NCBI RefSeq assembly: GCF_000008565.1
Contig: NC_000958.1
Span: 1-32,000, forward strand
Direction: 5' to 3'
Length of the DNA: 32,000 nt
Source: Deinococcus radiodurans R1 = ATCC 13939 = DSM 20539
GTDB taxonomy: Bacteria; Deinococcota; Deinococci; Deinococcales; Deinococcaceae
Made by a program: the position numbers and the translations under genes. Positions 27,010 through 32,000 of this stretch are shown here, one piece after another. The first letter of the stretch is position 1. Each line of letters starts with the position of its first letter. The notes beneath the pieces were generated by a model. It saw only the letters and a list, made by a program, of their open reading frames with translations. It was not told where the DNA came from and searched no databases.

Positions 27010-28065
27010 ATGTTGTTTCCTGCCCTCCGTTATGAATTGCGCGACGCGTCGGCCACCGGCGAGGCCCGCCGGGGCGCGGCTGAACTGGCCCGCTCGCTGG
27101 AATTGAGCGAGGTGCGCCAGGGTGAGCTGGCGATTATCGTGACCGAGCTGGCGTCGAACGTAATCAAGCACGCGGGTGAAGGCGAAATCCTGCTTCAGGC
27201 CCGCACGGTGGGGGGGCAGGTGGCCATCGAGGTGCTGGCGCTCGACCGGGGCCTCGGCATTGCCCGGCCCGCGGAGGTGTTTCGTGACGGTTACTCCACC
27301 GCCGGAACGCCCGGCACGGGGCTGGGGGCGACGCAACGCCTGGCGGGCAGCTTCGACCTGAGTTCGGTGCCGGAAGTGGGCACGGCGGTGCTGGCGCGGG
27401 TCTTCAGGGGCACCCTTCCCCCTGAGCCGGTGGCATCCACTGGCCTTGACGTCGGCGCGGTGGCCCTCCCCTACCCCGGTGAAACCGTTTGCGGTGATGC
27501 GGCAGCGGTTCTGACGGGGCCAGACGGGGGCCTCGGCCTGCTGCTGGTGGACGGCCTGGGGCACGGTCTGGGCGCCCACGACGCGGCGCAGGCGGCGGTG
27601 CGGGCTTTTCAGGCGGCGGGCCGCACCGGGGGCATTCCGCAGGCTCCGGATGCCTGGCTCACGGCGGTGCACGAGGCCATGCGCGGAACACGCGGCGGGG
27701 TGGGCGCGGTGGCTACCCTGGAGCCGGGCGCAGTGGATTCAGGCACAGGCACCGTTTCTTTTGCCGGAGTGGGCAACATCAGCGCCGTGGTCGTCGGCAG
27801 TGCCGGGCGGCGCGGCCTGATGTCGCACAACGGCACGCTGGGGCAGTCGTCGGTGCGCCCGCAGGTTCAGACCGCACCGTGGGACGACAGCAGCCTGCTG
27901 GTAATGCACTCCGACGGACTGCAAAGCGGCTGGAACTTGGAGCGTTATCCGGGGCTGCTGCACAAACCCGCCTCCTTGATCGCTGGGGTGCTCTACCGCG
28001 ACCACGTGCGGGGCCGGGACGACGTGACTGTGCTGGTCGTGCGTGGCGCTGGGAGCCGCTTTTGA
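27010..28065 (+). CDS. Fusion of an RsbT/RsbW-like GHKL domain and a PP2C (SpoIIE/RsbX-like) phosphatase
   Basis: N-terminus: VTELASNVIKHAGEG and GTGLGATQRL. C-terminus: GDAAAV...LLLVDGLGHGLGAHDAA...VMHSDGL...RDDVTVLVVR. Confidence 0.82.
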   Translation: MLFPALRYELRDASATGEARRGAAELARSLELSEVRQGELAIIVTELASNVIKHAGEGEILLQARTVGGQVAIEVLALDRGLGIARPAEVFRDGYSTAGTPGTGLGATQRLAGSFDLSSVPEVGTAVLARVFRGTLPPEPVASTGLDVGAVALPYPGETVCGDAAAVLTGPDGGLGLLLVDGLGHGLGAHDAAQAAVRAFQAAGRTGGIPQAPDAWLTAVHEAMRGTRGGVGAVATLEPGAVDSGTGTVSFAGVGNISAVVVGSAGRRGLMSHNGTLGQSSVRPQVQTAPWDDSSLLVMHSDGLQSGWNLERYPGLLHKPASLIAGVLYRDHVRGRDDVTVLVVRGAGSRF

Positions 28066-29795
28066 ACCTGCTGGCGCTCCCCCTGCGCAGTGAGGTGGAA
28101 CTCGCGGACGCCCGCACCCGCGCCCGGCACATCGCCGAACTGCTGGGGCTGGGCAACCAGGATCAGGTGCGGGTGGCCACCGTCGTCTCCGAACTCGCCC
28201 GCAACGTGCTGCTCTATGCCGGCAGTGGGCAGGTCACGTTCTCCGTGCGGGACGAGGCCGGGAGGTCCACCCTGCTGATCGAGGTCCGTGACCAGGGTCC
28301 GGGCCTGGGTCATCTGGACGAGGTGCTCGGCGGCCAGTACCGCTCGAAGACCGGGATGGGCGTGGGGCTGACGGGCACGCGCCGCCTGATGGACGAGTTC
28401 GACATCCAGACCGCGCCGGGAAAAGGCACGGTCGTGCGGGTCGGTAAGCATTTGCCTGCCGTGGTGGGGGACGCCGAGCAGCGGCGCGTGGCCGAGGTGC
28501 TGGGGAGCAGCGGCCCGCGTGACCTGCTCACAGCCCTGAGCGTGCAAAACCGTGACCTCCTCGAAACCCTGGCGGCGCTCAATGAGCGCGAGGAGCGTCT
28601 GCAAGTGCTCAATCAGGAGTTGCAGGACACCAACCGGGGCGTGGTGGCCCTCTACGCCGAACTCGAGGAAAAAGCCGAGCGGCTGCGCGAGGCCAACGGC
28701 CTCAAGACCACCTTTCTGTCCTATATGAGCCACGAACTGCGCACACCGCTGCACTCCATGCTGGGACTAGCCCGGATTCTTTCGGGTCAGCTCGACGGCC
28801 CACTCAACCCCGAACAGCTCAAGCAGGTGCAGCTGCTTCAGGGTGCGGCGGGAGACCTGCTGGAAATGGTCAACGGCCTGCTCGACCTCGCCAAGATGGA
28901 AGCGGGCAAAACCGACGTGGACGTGACGACCTTCGAGGTGCGCGAGCTGTTCGGCACCCTGCGCGCCCTCTTTTTGCCGCTGCTCGACAATCCAGCCGTG
29001 AACCTGATTTTCGAGGACGCGGCAGGGTTTCCGCCCCTGACCACCGACCAGCGCAAGGTGGAGCAGGTGCTGCGCAACTTCATCGCCAACGCCCTCAAGT
29101 TTACGGCAGCCGGTGAGGTCCGCGTGACCGCCCAGTTGCTGCCGAGTGGGGACCGGGTGCGCTTTACCGTTCAGGACACCGGCATCGGCCTGAGCGACGA
29201 GGAGCAGGCGCAGCTCTTTCAGGACTTCTCGCAGGTGGGCCGCCCCGGGCGCCCGGCAGGCACCGGCCTGGGTCTGTCGATTGCCCGCAAGTTCACCGAG
29301 CTGCTGGGTGGGCGCGTCGGCGTACAGAGCGCTCCAGGCGCCGGAGCCGAGTTCTCTGCCGAGTTACCGGTTGTTTATCCGGGGGTCGGCGCGGCCAAGC
29401 GGCCCCGCGCCCTGCTGATCGACGACAGCGAAGCGGACCGCTACGTCCTGACCACCCTGCTGACCCGCGCGGGCTACGAGGTGGACGAAGTGGCCTATGC
29501 GGAGCCGGGGCTTGAGCAGGCCAGGAGCGGAGCGTACGATGCCGTGGTGCTCGACCTGAATCTGCCGGACCGGTCTGGCCTGGACGTGTTGCGTGCGCTG
29601 CGGGAAAACGCCGGGACGCGCAGTTTGCCGGTCCTGGTGGTGATCGCTGCTGCCCTGGACGCTGCGGAGCGCGCGGCCCTGGAAACCCTGGGGGCCAGCG
29701 TGCACCTCAAAGAAGCGCTCTATCAGGATGAGCAGGTGCTGTTCGCCTCATTGCCGTCAGGGAGCGTGCACTATGGGGAAGCCCCTGATGCCTGA
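28062..29795 (+). CDS. Hybrid sensor kinase: N-terminal RsbT/RsbW-like GHKL domain, coiled coil, HisKA, HATPase, C-terminal receiver
   Basis: VSELARNVLLYAGSG and GMGVGLTGTRRL (first GHKL). MSHELRTPLH H-box. RNFIANALKFT, DTGIGL, GTGLGLSIARK. REC: LLIDDSEADR...VLDLNLPDRSG. TTGA overlap with the upstream gene. Confidence 0.85.
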   Translation: MNLLALPLRSEVELADARTRARHIAELLGLGNQDQVRVATVVSELARNVLLYAGSGQVTFSVRDEAGRSTLLIEVRDQGPGLGHLDEVLGGQYRSKTGMGVGLTGTRRLMDEFDIQTAPGKGTVVRVGKHLPAVVGDAEQRRVAEVLGSSGPRDLLTALSVQNRDLLETLAALNEREERLQVLNQELQDTNRGVVALYAELEEKAERLREANGLKTTFLSYMSHELRTPLHSMLGLARILSGQLDGPLNPEQLKQVQLLQGAAGDLLEMVNGLLDLAKMEAGKTDVDVTTFEVRELFGTLRALFLPLLDNPAVNLIFEDAAGFPPLTTDQRKVEQVLRNFIANALKFTAAGEVRVTAQLLPSGDRVRFTVQDTGIGLSDEEQAQLFQDFSQVGRPGRPAGTGLGLSIARKFTELLGGRVGVQSAPGAGAEFSAELPVVYPGVGAAKRPRALLIDDSEADRYVLTTLLTRAGYEVDEVAYAEPGLEQARSGAYDAVVLDLNLPDRSGLDVLRALRENAGTRSLPVLVVIAAALDAAERAALETLGASVHLKEALYQDEQVLFASLPSGSVHYGEAPDA

Positions 29796-31023
29796 AGCCC
29801 CTGTCGAGCCTGCCGCTTCCGTGTCCGAACCTACCCGTTCCAGTGTCCTGGTGGTGGACGACAATGCTGCTGGGCGCTACGTCACGGTACACGTTCTGCG
29901 TTCTGGGGGCCATACGGTCGCTGAGGCCGCCACCGGCGCAGAGGCGCTGGAGAAGGCTGCGAGCTTACAGCCTGACCTGATCGTGTTGGACGTCAATCTG
30001 CCGGACATCAGCGGCTTCGAGGTTGCGCGGACGCTGCGTCAGAACCCTGCTCTCGGCGCCGTGCCCATCCTGATGGTGTCGGCGGCCCGGGTGGCCGATA
30101 CGGACCGCGTCCTGGGTCTGGAAGGCGGCGCCGACGCCTACCTTACGCATCCCATTGACCCAGCGGTGCTGCTCGCCACCACCCGCGCCTTGTTGCGTGT
30201 GCGCTTTGCTGAGGCCGAGCTGCGGCAACTGAACACGCAACTCGAGGAGAAAGTCGCGCGTCGCACCGTGGAGTTGCAGGAGCGCAGCGCCGCCCTGGAG
30301 GCGCAGTCTGCTGAATTGGCCCGGCAGGGAGCCCGGCTGGCCGAGGTCAACAGCGACCTCGAGGCCTTCGCTTACTCCATTTCCCATGACCTGCGCTCCC
30401 CAGTGCGGCACATCATGGGCTTTGCCAACCTGCTGGAGCGGCGACTGGGCGAAGGGCTAGACCCCCAGGTCCAGCGCTATCTGGACAACATCGGACGCTC
30501 TGCCGAGACCATGAACACTTTGATTGACGCGCTGCTGGCCTTCTCACGCTTTGGGCTTCAGGAAATCAACCTGGGCCCAGTGAACCTTCAGGCGCTTTTC
30601 GAGGACGTGCGGGCCGAGCAGACCCAGGATGTCCAGCAACGTCAGGTGGAATGGGAGGTGTCTTCCCTGCCGGTGGTGCAGGGTGACCGGCAACTGTTGC
30701 GGCTGGTGCTCACGAATCTGCTCGGCAACGCGCTGAAGTACACCCGCACCCGTGACGTGGCCCGAATCACGGTCCATGCCGATGAGACCCCCGAGGCGTG
30801 GACGATTTCTGTACAGGACAACGGTGTGGGCTTTGACCCGCGTTACCAGAATAAGCTGTTTGGGGTCTTCCAGCGGCTGCACTACCAGCACGAGTTCGAG
30901 GGCACCGGCGTCGGCCTCGCCACTGTTCGCCGCATTATCACGCGGCACGGGGGCAATGTAACCGCTGCAAGCGCCGTGAATGAGGGGGCAAAGTTTACTT
31001 TTACGCTGCCCAAGTCGTCCTGA
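29773..31023 (+). CDS. Receiver-histidine kinase (REC, coiled coil, HisKA, HATPase)
   Basis: VLVVDDNAAGR...IVLDVNLPDISG (REC). ISHDLRSPVRH H-box. LLGNALKYT, DNGVGF, GTGVGLATVRR. Alternative start ATG 29788 (ATGCCTGA overlap). Confidence 0.85.
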   Translation: MGKPLMPEAPVEPAASVSEPTRSSVLVVDDNAAGRYVTVHVLRSGGHTVAEAATGAEALEKAASLQPDLIVLDVNLPDISGFEVARTLRQNPALGAVPILMVSAARVADTDRVLGLEGGADAYLTHPIDPAVLLATTRALLRVRFAEAELRQLNTQLEEKVARRTVELQERSAALEAQSAELARQGARLAEVNSDLEAFAYSISHDLRSPVRHIMGFANLLERRLGEGLDPQVQRYLDNIGRSAETMNTLIDALLAFSRFGLQEINLGPVNLQALFEDVRAEQTQDVQQRQVEWEVSSLPVVQGDRQLLRLVLTNLLGNALKYTRTRDVARITVHADETPEAWTISVQDNGVGFDPRYQNKLFGVFQRLHYQHEFEGTGVGLATVRRIITRHGGNVTAASAVNEGAKFTFTLPKSS

Positions 31024-31133
31024 TTTTAGAGAGAGTAGGTGCGTTAAGCAGGTGGCCTGAGCATCGGGTCACTTGCTGTGCTGTTCCTCTTCAGAGCAGA
31101 CGATGCTTCCTAAAAACAGTTCAACATTCTCGC

Positions 31134-31152
31134 AGTTCCCACGATGGGAACT
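31134..31152. repeat. 19 bp palindromic motif, site B (identical to site A)
   Basis: AGTTCCCACGATGGGAACT, 9 nt downstream of the second parB stop codon. Confidence 0.8.
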
Positions 31153-31160
31153 CGTTTGCT

Positions 31161-32000
31161 CTACCGGTTCCCATCGTGGGAACTGCTCTCTTCTGTCAAT
31201 TCTAGAAGTTGATCAATCAAACGCTCCGCTTGTAGACGGCGTTTGCCGCTGAGCCGTCTGAGCTGAGGAAGAGCGCTTTTAAGACGTTGATCGAGCGTCC
31301 TGTCGGGGACGGCGCCCCGCTTGAGCCGAGTCACTTCAAGGTGCAATTCAGCGGCGCTGAGTTGTCCCGTGACCAGCCGGTCAAGCAGTTGCCGACGCTC
31401 TTCGGTGTCAGGCAATTGGGCGAGGGGTGCCAGCGCACTGATGCCGTAGCGCCCTTCCAGAAGAACCTGCCTCTCGGCTGGATTGAGTTGTAGGAATTTG
31501 CCGTACCTCTGCGCGAAGGTGCTCACGCTGATGCCAAACGAACGGCGCAGCATGTCGCCAAGCCTCTCGGGGTCCAATCCCGTCTTCTTGATTCGGCCAG
31601 CCACCAGAACAGTCTGATCTTCGGGGACGTTCATGTGCCGGGCCACGGCGCGGATGGCAAGAAGGGCTTTGGCATCATTGGACAGGTCGGAGCGTTGAAG
31701 GTTTTCTTGCAACGCGAACTCATCAGCCTCTTCCGGGTTCATGTCCCGTACCAGCGCAGGAACGGCCACCAGGCCAGCGAGGCGGCTCGCATGCAGGCGC
31801 CGCTCTCCGGCCACCAGGATATATTTGCCGGTTGGCCCAGGGCGCAGAAGGAGAGGCTGGAGCAGCCCATTGCTTCTGATGGATTCAGTCAGGTCGTCCA
31901 GCGCCTGCGGCGTAAAGGGACTTTCGCTCTCAATCACGCTGCGAGGGTTGAAGCCAGGAATGACTTCAATTTCATCCAAAGCGATGACGCTGACGCCTTC
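31161..32000 (-). CDS. parB: Second ParB-family protein (partial; the N-terminus runs off the window)
   Basis: LLQPLLLRP and YILVAGERRLHASRLAGL ParB box. The frame stays open upstream of the track TTG start to the window edge (EGVSVIALDEIEV...). Confidence 0.88.
   Translation of the reverse strand, partial: EGVSVIALDEIEVIPGFNPRSVIESESPFTPQALDDLTESIRSNGLLQPLLLRPGPTGKYILVAGERRLHASRLAGLVAVPALVRDMNPEEADEFALQENLQRSDLSNDAKALLAIRAVARHMNVPEDQTVLVAGRIKKTGLDPERLGDMLRRSFGISVSTFAQRYGKFLQLNPAERQVLLEGRYGISALAPLAQLPDTEERRQLLDRLVTGQLSAAELHLEVTRLKRGAVPDRTLDQRLKSALPQLRRLSGKRRLQAERLIDQLLELTEESSSHDGNR
31166..31184. repeat. 19 bp palindromic motif, site C (inverted, 18/19), inside the last 8 codons of the second parB
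   Basis: GGTTCCCATCGTGGGAACT. Its reverse complement plus flank, AGTTCCCACGATGGGAACCGGTA, matches site A plus flank, AGTTCCCACGATGGGAACTGGTA, at 22/23. Confidence 0.8.

Overview
High-GC sequence that looks like a Deinococcus secondary replicon or megaplasmid. That assignment rests on my recall of gene order and IS content, so it needs a BLAST check. Left to right the window holds the following. (1) An array of 17-18 bp direct iteron-like repeats, followed by a parA-parB partition operon. (2) An ~850 bp noncoding gap between convergent genes, containing a diverged duplicated ~100 bp element. (3) A lower-GC minus-strand two-gene cassette: an ISL3-transposase-like 602 aa ORF translationally coupled to a 497 aa orphan ORF. 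Its 5' end is cut by a 1,207 bp IS4-family IS. (4) A cobalamin-riboswitch-led operon: btuF-like binding protein, cobO, cbiA, cbiB, cobD, cobQ. (5) A vapBC toxin-antitoxin pair. (6) A heme/iron-complex ABC importer plus a siderophore-interacting reductase. (7) An IS cluster: a 1,322 bp IS4-family element abutting a 3'-truncated IS3-family element, then a second, inverted copy of the 1,207 bp IS. (8) A wHTH regulator and a secreted alpha/beta hydrolase, divergently arranged. (9) A six-gene stressosome-like signalling module: RsbR, RsbS, RsbT, a GHKL-PP2C fusion, a GHKL-HK-REC hybrid kinase and a REC-HK kinase. (10) A second, partial parB flanked by 19 bp palindromes, which also occur 8 kb away on the other side of the signalling module. 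The best candidates for something undescribed are the ISL3-like/orphan cassette with its noncoding neighbourhood, the palindrome-bracketed stressosome/two-component island with no visible output domain, and a structured terminator-ended RNA-like element upstream of the iron transporter. All coordinates and alignments were done by eye, with no database search.
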